A stretch of 64,000 nucleotides of DNA from Takakia lepidozioides (taxonomy: Eukaryota; Plantae; Bryophyta). Below the pieces are notes generated by a model. The model ran no database searches and had not been told where the DNA came from. It saw only the letters and a list, made by a program, of their open reading frames with translations. The stretch covers positions 41,850,001 through 41,914,000 of the forward strand of contig CM060734.1 in the NCBI GenBank assembly GCA_030704615.1, written 5' to 3'. Within the stretch, counting starts at the first letter, position 1. Every line of letters starts with the position of its first letter. The position numbers and the translations under genes were made by a program. This document shows, piece by piece, positions 1-11,149 of the stretch.

Positions 1-901
1 GATGCAGTCACCTTTGACCTTGATCCAGCGTTGCATGCATGAACTCGATTATAAGGAGGATGACGATGACAACTCGTCGACTAAGTTTTGGAAGTCCCAA
101 TATAGGACCTAACACAATACATAAACTACGATCTTAAGCTCATGGCAGCAGTCAATTTATGGAAACTTTGGCTATGAGGTTATCCTTCTATTTGAATGAC
201 AAGATAATGTCTAAGTTTGTTACAAATAGAGCTTCCTGACAAACTTTCACTGGTTTTTTTGCAGCTCTCGTCCGAGTGGTTCTCATCTTCTGTAGTTGGA
301 AAAAAGCCTGGTGAGGTTTCAAAACTCATGCTCCCTCTTTACAAAGCAACAAAAGGAGGATGCAAACGAAGACATGGATTCTCTTTCTGAGGAGGACGAC
401 AGTTCTGAGGAAGGAAGCCCCTCGATAGCCATACTGGAAGTATGAGAAACTGTTGAGCAGCCTATTGAGACCAAGACAATCAGCGAGGAAGACAACACAA
501 GGTCTGAGCAGAAGGACAGAGAGCACCTCCACATCCATAGTGCAGGAAGAACGCACTCTGGAGAAGCTTGTTCTCGTCAAGAAGAGGCGAGGCCTTCGTG
601 GTTAGGAGCTAGGAATTGTGTTGAGGAGAAAAAGGTACCAAAACCGAACCGCCATTATAGGAGTTCATTATATATAATCCTTTTTGACGATCGAACTAGC
701 GAACGCGAACGTAAACCACTTATACCACCCGCAGGTCATGTTTTGACATATTAACATGAATATTAATCTTATTGGAGAAGTTTTTCTTAAGAAATCTCAA
801 ACATGCTCAAACATTTTCGGAAATCTTCAATTTTATTTTGAAAAATAGCATATTTAAGCATTATTATTTCAAAGACGGTGGTTTGCACATTTGTAACCTA
901 A

Positions 902-3900
902 TCAACCAGCAGATTTTCCTTTGAACTCTTTTTTGGTTGGCGATCTAGGACTTGCTCGAATGGAACCTTTGCTAGAAATGGAGCTTGTACTTGACCCTGA
1001 TCGACTTGATCGCGGCGTGGATGTATTTGAAGGCATCTTAAAACCAGCCTCCGACACACGTTTTTCAATTTCTGTAGCAAATTGCGGATTGTCATTTGCC
1101 AATCCTCGCACCTTGTACAAGATGTCTTTTGCAATGTCTCGTAGCTCGCCCAATAACAACTCTTTGGTTATCTTATTCACCTCAGCCAAGCTGTAAAAGT
1201 TTTTGTAGGAAAATAAGAAATTATATTTTCAAAGTCAGTGTATTTTACGATATTGCATCCCGTTTTGGGGATAATTGGGGTTTATCTTTACAACTAGTTG
1301 TTGGTGGAATGATATAGCATAATACCTCATTGTCATTGTTATGATAAAATTATAGAATTAAAAGTGAATAAAAAGTTAAATACAATATCCGAAGTTACCT
1401 CATAAGTTTATGTAATTTGTATTATTTAATTAAAATAAATCATCCAAAAACTGGAAATTCCGTGTAAAAATGGATCCATTGTAGATTGAAGATTTTGGAA
1501 GCTTACGGTGATCTATCTTTCAGTTCTTTCATCAACTTGTCAAGTTGGGTAGAGGCGCGTTCATATTTACGTGTTTGTTCCTCTTTCTCTTTCTTTACAT
1601 CCTCAACTTTTCGTTGTAGATCTTCACAAATATCTGTTACTGTCTTGCATTCTTTCTCTATGTTTTGCACATGAGCTTCTTCTTGCGCCAACTCCTAAAT
1701 TAACCTCATCAATTAGCAAAAATCGAGATATTGATGTAACTTACAGTGAACTTGCCAAGTCTTTCGAATTCAAGACACAACAAGTTTCAGTCACCAAAAC
1801 AATGAACTAAAATTATTGGTAAGAGACTAAAGTTTTCCACCCAAAACCTCATAGAACGTAAAATTATTCACTCACCAATAATATTTAACTTTAAATCCAT
1901 AATCATTTCAGTACAATCTACTATTATATTGGCATCGACTTATCTTTAAATCATTGTATATTACAACCCACTTCTCTACGTATTATAAGGTACATATGAT
2001 ATATGATCGTACCAAAATTTACTTGATGCAAAGTTTGATGGTTACTTGCAACAATGATCTTTCTTCTCGCTCTTTGAATCGGAGACGATCTCTCCATTTT
2101 CCTAAATCATCTTTTAACATTATTTGCTCATTCTCTAGCTCAGCATATTGTTCAGGATAGAAACTTGTCCGCAAATTGTTGTTTGACTCTTTAATTTGGT
2201 CGGTCGCAAATTCCAATGTTTCTACATCATCCTCCGCCTGCATGGAATTCTTAAATTAAAGATAGTTTTGAATATTTACATTATAATTATTCCTATCAGT
2301 TTTACACACAACAACGTCATACTACATTAAAATTACTTAAATACATTCAATAAATTACACATATATATGTAAGATGATGTTGTCTTTTACTACATCATAT
2401 CAAAAGAGCAAAAGAAAAAGAAAAAAGAGCTAAAGACATAATAGCCTTGGGCCCAATGCTGCCCAAATGTGATTATATATTGATGATGAAAAAGTTAAAA
2501 AATTAGTTAAGATGTACCTTGTTAACTTCTTTTTCAAGCTCATTACCATGTTGCACCAAAAGTTCTCGTTCTTGGGCAGCCTTTATAAGGTAGTAGTGTG
2601 CAGACCGTTCTTCTCCATCCCCCGTCTTGACGCGTGCTCTCAATATATCGTATTTGTTTTGCAACTATTCAATAGATACATTATGAAATTGTTTTGAACT
2701 CAACATATTTTATATATAATTCGTGTAAAAGGTTGATTTGTATCTTTGTATATATATATAACAGGAAGCGTAAATTATGGTGTCTCTTGACCCCAAAGGG
2801 CTACTGCTTTCCGGCATGAAGGTGGACACCTTTGTGACACCAATCGGTGGATTGAACCCACAACCACTGGGCTACAACTTGGGTGTCGTATTTTATGTAC
2901 AATCTATATGTTGGTTTTGACAATTCAATCATACACAAAAGGGCTGGTATGTTTGGGCTTTGTCCCCTATGGCTAAAAAAAGGGGCTTAATTTTCCTCCT
3001 CAAAGCACTCTGGTTGTGGCTATGGCTCGGTTTCGTTGGATAAAACAAAATAAAATAAAACAAGCGGCTCCGCCACAAGAGGCTATGTTGATTTTGGGGT
3101 TGTTGTTTTATACTTTTTCCAGGGCTTCATGAATCATGCGCATCAACCCTCCATAGACTAGGCTTAATGGATAAGCCTAGTTCTCCTTGTGGGCAAGATG
3201 TCTCCACAATGCGGGCCCCATCAACCTTTTATAGACTAGGTTGAATGGATAAGCTTAGTTCTCCGTTCTCTGCCTAGCTCCACCTACGCAAGAAGTCTCC
3301 ACAATGCCTCTATCCCTTGCGGGACAGAGCCAATAAATTACACACTTACCAGCACCCCAATGGCTTAGGGCTCAAATCCTGCTACCTTGTCTTGTGTGGT
3401 ATAGGAAAGACAATAGAAATAATGTAAGAACTTGATGGATGCGTGCGATCTGACGGTACTTTCACCGGATCGCTTAGACTCCTCCGGCGGGCCCGTGTCA
3501 AATCCTCCCCAACCCCTCTTACCTCGGTTTCACTTAAGAATCCAAATGGGGTTTATGTTGTGGTGGGTTGCGTGATGGTAAGGTGATAGCAATGCAGACG
3601 GCGATGTTCCGTGTTCGATTCTTGATGGAAGGCTCTTGTATTGTAACCTGGGTATCAATATTCCAATCGGTGTAATCTTGTAACCCTGGTTTCTCATGTA
3701 ACCTTGGTTAGCCCATTTTATACTTAGCCAAATTTGGACTTAGTCAAATTTGAAGATAAAGTGTGAGTTACACACCTCGTTGTGTAACCCCGTGTAACTC
3801 TCTTTCAGTTCCATGTCACTCTCAAGAGAGGGTGGGGAAGATTTGACATGCCGAAAACCGGTGTACCATTCTGTCAGAGGTTGCATGTGTGCATTAAGTT

Positions 3901-6900
3901 CTTACATTATTTCTATCATCTTCCGTGGTGTGGAATCTTCTATATGCTTCAGGGTGATACAGAAAGGGCCTGAATTGTGAGCTGTCGCTCCCAGGTTTCT
4001 TTTCTCTTGGAATGCGGTTTGCCTGCAGCTGAAAAGCTCTACAACAAAGGAGGAATGGATGATTTCACCGTTACCACTATGGAACCCTGTGGAACAGGTC
4101 AGAATGCATGAAAAGGAAGCCTGCACACCACTGTTGTTGGAAGGACCAAAGGGGGCTGCAGTGGTGGGAGAGAGACTTGTGGAAAATACTGAAGGATATG
4201 GAGGAATGGAGAAAGATTTGATGGGAAGGGTTCTTTACCAACATCACCAACAAGCCCCAAGATGGGCAAGGCCTCCCAAAAAATCAGAAATTTTGTGGAG
4301 CATGAAAATTCAGTGATCACTCTGCTGGCAAGCCCACTCCAGCACATCATCAAGCATTTTTTTAAAAATAAAGGATATGTACTTCGAAGTGGATCCAAAA
4401 AATTTAAAACTGACCTTTTCAACTTGAAGAGAAAGCTTTTTCCGGAAGATTGTAAGGTTATGCAAGTCTTCCTCTATACATTTAATCTCTTGTCGTTGTT
4501 GTTCTTGTTTTGCATCCACTTCATGTTTTTGTTCTTCCATGTTTTGTTGGAGTCTCTGTTTCAAACAATCCAAATTGTATACCTCGTCTACAAGGCACAA
4601 AGACTAAATCAAACTCACATTAGAGTTAAAAGATAAATAAATTATTGTTATCATTTTTTTAACATTCTAAGTATTTATATATATAACTGTTTTAGAAATA
4701 CTATTCAATATCATAATGTTTTATTCAAACAATCCAAATTGTATACCTCTTCTGCGAGGCACAAAAAATAAATCAAATTCACATTAGAAGTTAAAAATAA
4801 ATCAATAAATAGATAATTATAATAATAATTATTCTGACTGTTTTTTGTCACGAACCAGTGTCTTTCTCTATCAGCCTATGTATATGGCACCTTACCAGAA
4901 GTTACTTTCTCCTCTTTGTAAATCTCGGACGTTTGGATCCATTATCTATAAAATTTTGAGGCTACTGTCCCTCTTATATATCTATATATAATCAATTTTT
5001 AGAATACTAAGTATCTATATGTATAGTCATTTTTAAGATATTATTTAATATCATGATTTTTTGTTCAGTGATACTAGATAGTGTACAAGGCAGAATGATA
5101 CCATTTATATTTGATGAAAGAGAATTTAGTAATTAAATATCCATTTAATCCGCGATTGTTATTCTCTTAGGATGTATTTATTTACTTGAAAAAGGAGGGA
5201 GTCTTGACCTTGGTAAAGAAGACATTCATTCATAATATAAACTGAGGTTGGAAAGTTTCTACGACTCTATTGTTTTTAAACTTGCCATCAAAATGTAAAA
5301 GAAAACATCTTTGAGATTACCAGCTTTGGAATGAAGAAGACTAGTTAAGCGGTTGACTTCCATCTGAAGTAGGTCAACTTCTAAAGTTTTCTCTTCTTCA
5401 ACCTTTGTTAATGTCTGGAAACACAAATACACTAATTTGTCAATTCTATTAACAACAGTAACAGTAACTCATATGTGGTGGTATTTCAATGATGGATGAA
5501 ACATGAAACATCACTATGTGCCTCTTAGATTCGTTGATTCCTCACCTACATTATATCAGTTATTGACAATTTTATGTGAATATGTCTGTGTTTATATATC
5601 ATCCATAAATTGACAAGATATAATAAACGAAATATTATGCAGTCAGAAGCGTCTTCCTTACTACACCTAACGTTATGTAGACCAAGTCTAAATGTGCTCC
5701 AAAATAAGTTATGATAAAGGGCTGAATTAAGAGATACAAAAACTGGTTAACAAAATGAAAAATCCAGATTCAGATATAGGTTTATCTAGTATGTTATAAC
5801 TAACACTTTTTAATTGATATTTAAATTGAATAATTTTTTTAATGTAACATAAGCAAAAAAAATGTGGTTTCTAATCAAATCATACATCCCCATAATACAT
5901 GTATTGGTCATCTGTGGTGTACAGGATGTTACCTTATTGTTAGCATGACTAGCATTACACTCAAGATTAAGCTCTTCAATTTGATCGCCAATTTGCTTGA
6001 ATTGTTTCTCCAAATCCTCTTTCTTCCGAATTGCTAATCTCAATTCAATATTGGTTTTTTTCAACTGCAAAAGTGCACAGTAATTAATATGTTATATCAT
6101 ATTCTTGGAGATAATTTGTTAATACTATTGCTTTAAATACAATAAACATTATAGTTTTATTGAAATAGAAGTATATATATATATAGTCATTCTTACCCCT
6201 AAAGTGGATTGAGATTCTTCATACTTCTTATGCTCCAGATCCGTCTCCAATTCCTTAATTTGTTTTGTCATTTCTTTTTCCTCTAAATCGCTTGGTTGAC
6301 CACTTGCTCGAAACACTTTTCTTTCTAAACATTGAATTTCATAGTCTGCTTCATATTTAGTCTCGTCTTGTCTCAATAAAGTCAGCTCCAACATCTGAAT
6401 CTTGTTAAACAGCGATTTGGCTTGTGATTTTCCTCCGTTGATATTATTGGCGATGTGTTTTCTCTGGATGACAGGTATCAAATTAGTAGACGAGTCATTT
6501 CAAATATTTACATTAATGATTGAAAACCAAGAACTGTAAGATTTTTGAAGAAAAAGAAAATTATGACTTACAAATAATATTTGTCAAACTAGTTATTTGC
6601 TTCTCGTAAAAGTATTCTACCTTCGTGTAATTGTTTTTTAATTAAAAAGGGGAATGTAAATTATAGAGTTTGTAGATATTTAAATTATAGCATGAATAAA
6701 ATATAATAATTATAAATATGTAATAGCTGGTTTGGCTTTGCTATATGTAGTGATTTCAAGGAAAATAGCTACATTCTAGTAGACTGCAATATACCTTTCT
6801 GTCATTTGTAGCTGAAGAGTTATGTGCAAACAATAAAGGAAAATATCAACGCCATAGATAACATGGCAGTGATACCCAATGATCGACTCATATGCCGAAG

Positions 6901-9900
6901 TTAAATCAAAATATATTTGTCCTTCAACATATGTGTCACACACTCTAGCTATGGATGCCGCTGATACATTTATGTCCTGGGGCTCATTTTAGATTAGATT
7001 GCGGTTTTCGTCAATTGTATTATATACCATAATATTACTTATTACACCTCAAATCACACTTTAAGAATATTTTTTTGAACCTGAAGTCTTGAGATTTTGC
7101 AACTCTTCGGATGCTTTGAAGTGTCTTTCACGCAAATCATCGACCTCCTTCTTACCCAAGCTTAAATTAAGCTCTTCTGTTTCCAGCAATTTCTCGAGTG
7201 CATGTGTCCGTTGCTCCAACGTGTCAAGGTGGTCATATTCATCCTCTACTTTTTTCTTTATTTTTTCGAAGTTTATCTTGGCTACTTCAAGCTTCTTTCC
7301 TTGGGTATCCAATTCCTGCAGAATTATTCAAGATGATATAAAATCTTAATTTTATGCAGGTAAAGGGTAGATGAAAATAAGACATTAAAATGAAAATAAA
7401 ACAAGTTCATCAAAATGAAAATAATGTTCAACTTCGCTTTGAATCCTCTTGCTGACCTCCATCGCTAGTTCGTGTTGAGCCCGAAAGTGATTAGTCTTGA
7501 GTAGCACCAACTGTTCATGAGCATCTAGAGTGCTACCTCAAACCCAATTCAAGCTCAATTAAGAGTGGGATATGATTGCTCGATTTCTACAAATTCATGA
7601 CATATATTTCATTTTTTGAAAAAATGGGAAACACCCGCCTGCGCAACGCTCGCAAATCAGGCCCCTTGATTATGGTGATAGGATGAAATAACGAAATAAA
7701 CTCCTTCAAATTAGTAACCTGGCCATGAGGAGCCGAGCACGAGGAGCTACAATCTGATGGTCAATTTTGTTTTTTTTTTGGGAAAAAGGGGAGGAAGCCC
7801 TTGGATCTTTATTAGAATTATTTTATTCAAAATTGTTATTGTGACATTTTTTTTGTTTTTGTTTTTGTGTTTTTAAGACACTGACATTTGCAGGTTAGTA
7901 TCTTTACAATATATGAAATAAAAATCAGTTAATAGTCATAGTTGAATAGCACCAATCAAATCTACTATCACATTTTATTGCAGAATGTTTTATACTTTAA
8001 ATTAGTTTGTTTCTACTGGTTATGTCAAAGACAAGATTCTATTAGTTTAATAAAGACTACAGATGAATTATAGAGAGCATACCTTTGGGTTTCTTTTTCA
8101 ACTGTTTCACGATCTCTTTGAAGGTCAATGTTCTTCAAGACTACCTTTCTTGTCAAATCTTTCTACAGTTACAATAATTGATACTTTCAGGCCGCTGTTC
8201 CAAATATGTAATGATGGCATAGTTTATGGATAGATGCTATTCTATTAATCTATTTTTTACTCAAAAACCTATGTCACATTATCAAAAAATGTTGGGAAAC
8301 ATTTGACATATCGTAAAATGTACCAAAAGAAATCGCAATCCTGCATGATTGCGTAAATTATTTATATCCCCCCCCCCCCCCCCCCAAAATAATTCCAAAT
8401 AATGTTAACAGTCCCTTAAACTACAAGTCCTCACATATAAATATTATTTGAAAGTATTTTTCTTAAAATTTCCCTTAATGTTTTAGGAGAAGATTTAAAC
8501 TTTCATATGTTAACAATAAAAATCAATCATCCTGGGCCACTGTCCCCTGTTATCTAAAAGACAAAACAAAAACAAAAACAAAATCGATGTAAAATATAAG
8601 CGTGATTTGAAAATATAAATGCTCAAAAAAGGTTGAACAGTCTGTTATTTATGTGTTGCAATGTTCCCTCTCAAAATATAATATATAAAACTTACATTGT
8701 TTTCAACTTGGTTGTAATATTTTTTGTCCAAATTGTCTAAGATTCGTTTGCTACGACGCAACAATTGTTTGTTGTCAGCAAAGTCTTGTGCGACCCTATG
8801 AATATCTTCATCACGTCGATGTATGAGCTCAATGGTGTCTTCCCACATACATATCATTTTTTGCCTCTCAAAGTGTAACAAACTATACCCATCCACCAAC
8901 ATATACAATTTAGATATCAAATTTTGGCTGATTAAAATAGATAAATATGAATTTTCTTTTGTTCAATATAAACATAATCATCATTTGCGCTCAATTATAC
9001 CGTCATCATGCCTCATTCGATATATACTGAATTTCTATTTCTTTTGGAGAAACTTTATTTGGAATTCTACTTAAATCATCGATATGTCTAATTAATATCA
9101 ACTTATCCATTTAGCCTACTAAAATAAATTCACTTAAAAAATAAGTAAATAAGTAATTACATAGAAAAAATCATTGGGGTTTTTTTTTGAGAAATGGGAG
9201 GAAGCCCTTTAGAGCTTTATTAATGATTGTTGAACAATGTTAGTTCTAAAAGCGTTCTAAAATAGTTAAGATTGAGAGCAGAAATAAACCGGAATTCTTC
9301 AGCAGTTCTATCAAGTTGTATTTGATGACTATGAGTCACCGCAATTTCATTTTGCAACAAATGATCCAGAGATGCAAGCTCTGTTGATGCCTTTGTTTCC
9401 TCCACTTGTAAATTTGAGATATGGGAGTTGTCGTTTTTGTTATAATTCGCCAACACAAGGATATCCTCGTCTTTTTGGGCTGCTGCCTCTGCCCATTGTT
9501 CAAGCTCTTCCTGCATTTTGTCTCACACAGTTCCGTTTACTGTTCTCCAAAGTCTACCGTATTCCACAGTGTCAAAATGCAAATCACAAATTGAACATAA
9601 TGAAATTGGAAGACGATTATACAACTCTTGCTGGCAGGATTGCGAATTCAACAGATTTGTACGGGTGAAATTATGATAGAAATCTCACTTGTTTGAAATG
9701 CACGTTTAGTCGACAGTGATCCATTTTCTCATTGCCTTTGAAAATTGAGGTTTGAATGTTACTCAAACGATCCACCATCTCGTACATTTCGGTCTCAAGC
9801 TTCACAACCTCTCCCTGCCATAAAAGATTTGCCTTGTTCAGGTACATGATAGGTATGGAGGTACAAATATTTATTGTTTTGCAAAAGTATCATTTGAATG

Positions 9901-10448
9901 AGAGAGATGAGAGAGATGAGAGAGATCAACCTTGAGTCTTTGTGCTTGAAATTCAGCCATCTTCTTCATATGTTCTTCTGTAGCAGTTTCTCGCCTTTTA
10001 GCTTCAAGCCTCATTTGTGTTGCAACTACCTCTTCCTGTACTCGTTTCATATGATCCTCCATAATCGATGTGCGATCGTCTTGCTGTTCGACGGCTTCCT
10101 GCGAGTCATGGAATCGTCGCGGCCATTAATCTCCAGTGAAACGAATGAAATAGTGGATTGCACAGTTTGATGTGCCAGCATAAGAAAGAGTTGGTTTGTG
10201 CCTACCTCTGTGTGCCTCAAATTGGACTCACATTCGACCACGTATTGGAAGAGCGCACGGTTTTCTCCATCGGCAAAGGCTGGCAAGAAGCGCATATTGA
10301 GATGCTTCAGCAGCTCCATCTCCTCCTTCTCGTCAAATGCCCCATCCGATGGGGTTGTGTTTTCCTCTTCCTTCATCACTATCGCATGTATTGCACACTT
10401 AGCCTCTTCTTGCACTTCCGGTTGTGTTGCTTCTCCTTGGTCCTCCAT
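902..10448 (-). CDS. CCDC39: Coiled-coil domain-containing protein 39 (FAP59), axonemal 96-nm ruler; about 17 exons
   Basis: GT-AG exons joined in frame: 10448-10206, 10098-9931, 9814-9689, 9510-9290, 8882-8696, 8162-8083, ~7532-7430, ~7316-7081, ~6464-6197, ~6065-5932, 5414-5321, 4587-~4415, ~2665-2519, ~2237-2046, ~1694-1508, ~1293-1249, 1190-902. Family-typical segments: IFKGNEKMD...QEELEQWAEAAAQKDED, QLDRTAEEFR, LERKVFRASG, KADEVYNL, SAHYYLIKAAQERE. Coiled-coil throughout, Ser-rich C-terminus. Confidence 0.9.
2763..2885 (-). mobile_element. SINE-like element, family C (B-box-like motif plus conserved ~70-bp core)
   Basis: Minus strand has GGTTGTGGGTTCAATCCACC (tRNA T-arm/B-box-like) followed by a core (2763-2832) that recurs at 13672-13737 and 51701-51770. 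Confidence 0.5.
2955..3060 (+). mobile_element. Degenerate 3' half of the tRNA-derived SINE seen at 61970-62621
   Basis: ggctttgtcccctatggctaaaaaaaggggcttaattttcctcctcaaagcac...gtttcgttgga plus A-rich tail aligns by eye with ggctctgccccta...atggctctgaaagaggtttattttccccctcaaggccc...gtttccttggga plus A-rich tail. Confidence 0.5.
3141..3307. repeat. Two imperfect direct repeats (starts ~78 bp apart) containing a hairpin
   Basis: catcaacc..atagactagg..aatggataagc.tagttctcc...gcaaga.gtctccacaatgc occurs twice; the first copy has a perfect 9-bp stem CTAGGCTTA-ATGGA-TAAGCCTAG. Confidence 0.75.
3404..3924. mobile_element. Non-autonomous DNA transposon (MITE, Mutator-like long TIRs) in a CCDC39 intron
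   Basis: Imperfect ~100-bp TIRs: atagaaataatgtaagaactt...tgtcaaatcctcccc (3413-3520) versus the reverse complement at 3823-3916. GG...CC ends, degenerate TSD gtggtata/gtggtgtg, internal TGTAAC repeats, no ORF. Confidence 0.75.
4725..4800 (-). repeat. Local duplication of a CCDC39 3' splice site plus first ~9 codons of the exon
   Basis: 4725-4800 copies 4560-4636 (ttcaaacaatccaaattgtatacctc...ggcacaaa...taaatcaaa.tcacattaga). Confidence 0.85.
7770..7814 (-). mobile_element. Very short poly(A)-tailed retroelement 3' end (L1-like), copy 1
   Basis: Minus strand TAATAAAG...AAGGGCTTCCTCCC...(A)n; near-identical to 9180-9223. Confidence 0.55.
9180..9223 (-). mobile_element. Very short poly(A)-tailed retroelement 3' end (L1-like), copy 2
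   Basis: Minus strand TAATAAAGCTCTAAAGGGCTTCCTCCCATTTCTC(A)9. Confidence 0.55.
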
Positions 10449-11149
10449 TATTGCAGCCCTGGAACCTCACACTGGCAACAATCTCTGCTGTTCACATCAT
10501 ATTCTGTGCCTCAATAGCCTCTACTTCCAGGTTGGCCCTCGCGACAACTCAAAACTTTTCTGTCTTTTCTTCGTCCTTCTCCTGCGTCTTCTCTTTCTTC
10601 TTCTTCCTTGTTCTTTTTGAGCTCTCCACGATCCTGCTATGTTCACCTATATATGTTCAAGTTCAGTTCTCCATTTTTACATCCTATAAATAGCTCGTTC
10701 CATCTTCCTGTGAGGTCCTTATGTTTGGACTTCCAGAACAATTCCCACAGTTTCTCCTTGCAAATTCACTCTCCTCTTTCTGTGGTCTCTTGGGAGTCAG
10801 TCTTTGCGTAGGGTTTTTTTTCCTGGTTTTTGGGAGTTTCTTACGGAACGGTTAGATTCGATTTTGCATCCGAGAATTCCTGCTTACTTTGCTAAAGAGG
10901 CATGCATTCATTCTAAATTTGTGGAGTTTTCATCCACACAGGTGAATTGGCCACACCCTCTCCTTCCTTCCTAGCTGTGTGTCGCAGCCTCAAGCAACCG
11001 GGAATCATTTAGAGAAGAACAATTTGGGGAGACAACTTCAGAAAATACCACAAGAGAGAGAAAGGAAAAGAAAAGAAAGAAAGGTGTTTTACCGCGCAGA
11101 GGAAGAGGGAGAGATATACATGTAAAGAGAGAGCGCTTGAGAGCGTTCT
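10449..11149. promoter_or_regulatory. Shared divergent promoter/5' UTR interval between CCDC39 and the importin gene
   Basis: Start codons are head-to-head, 701 bp apart. CT/GA-rich tracts lie upstream of both ATGs and there is a TATA-like CCTATAAATA at ~10684 (+). TSSs not determined. Confidence 0.5.

Noticed and set aside
47-73. GATTATAAGGAGGATGACGATGACAAC encodes DYKEDDDDN, resembling a FLAG tag
   Set aside because: Not the exact DYKDDDDK and no vector context; treated as coincidence in an acidic stretch.
230-670. Acidic coding-like stretch on + (EDANEDMDSLSEEDDSSEE...)
   Set aside because: Interrupted by stops, no recognisable family or consistent splice model; could be a TE or gene remnant but cannot be supported.
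3437-3472. Weak resemblance to the 5' end of 5S rRNA (tgcgatc...caccggatc)
   Set aside because: Short, gapped, lies within a MITE TIR and lacks the rest of 5S including box A/C.
7632-7760. Short GC-richer island in an AT-rich CCDC39 intron (possible organellar or TE fragment)
   Set aside because: No ORF, repeat partner or recognisable structure found by eye.
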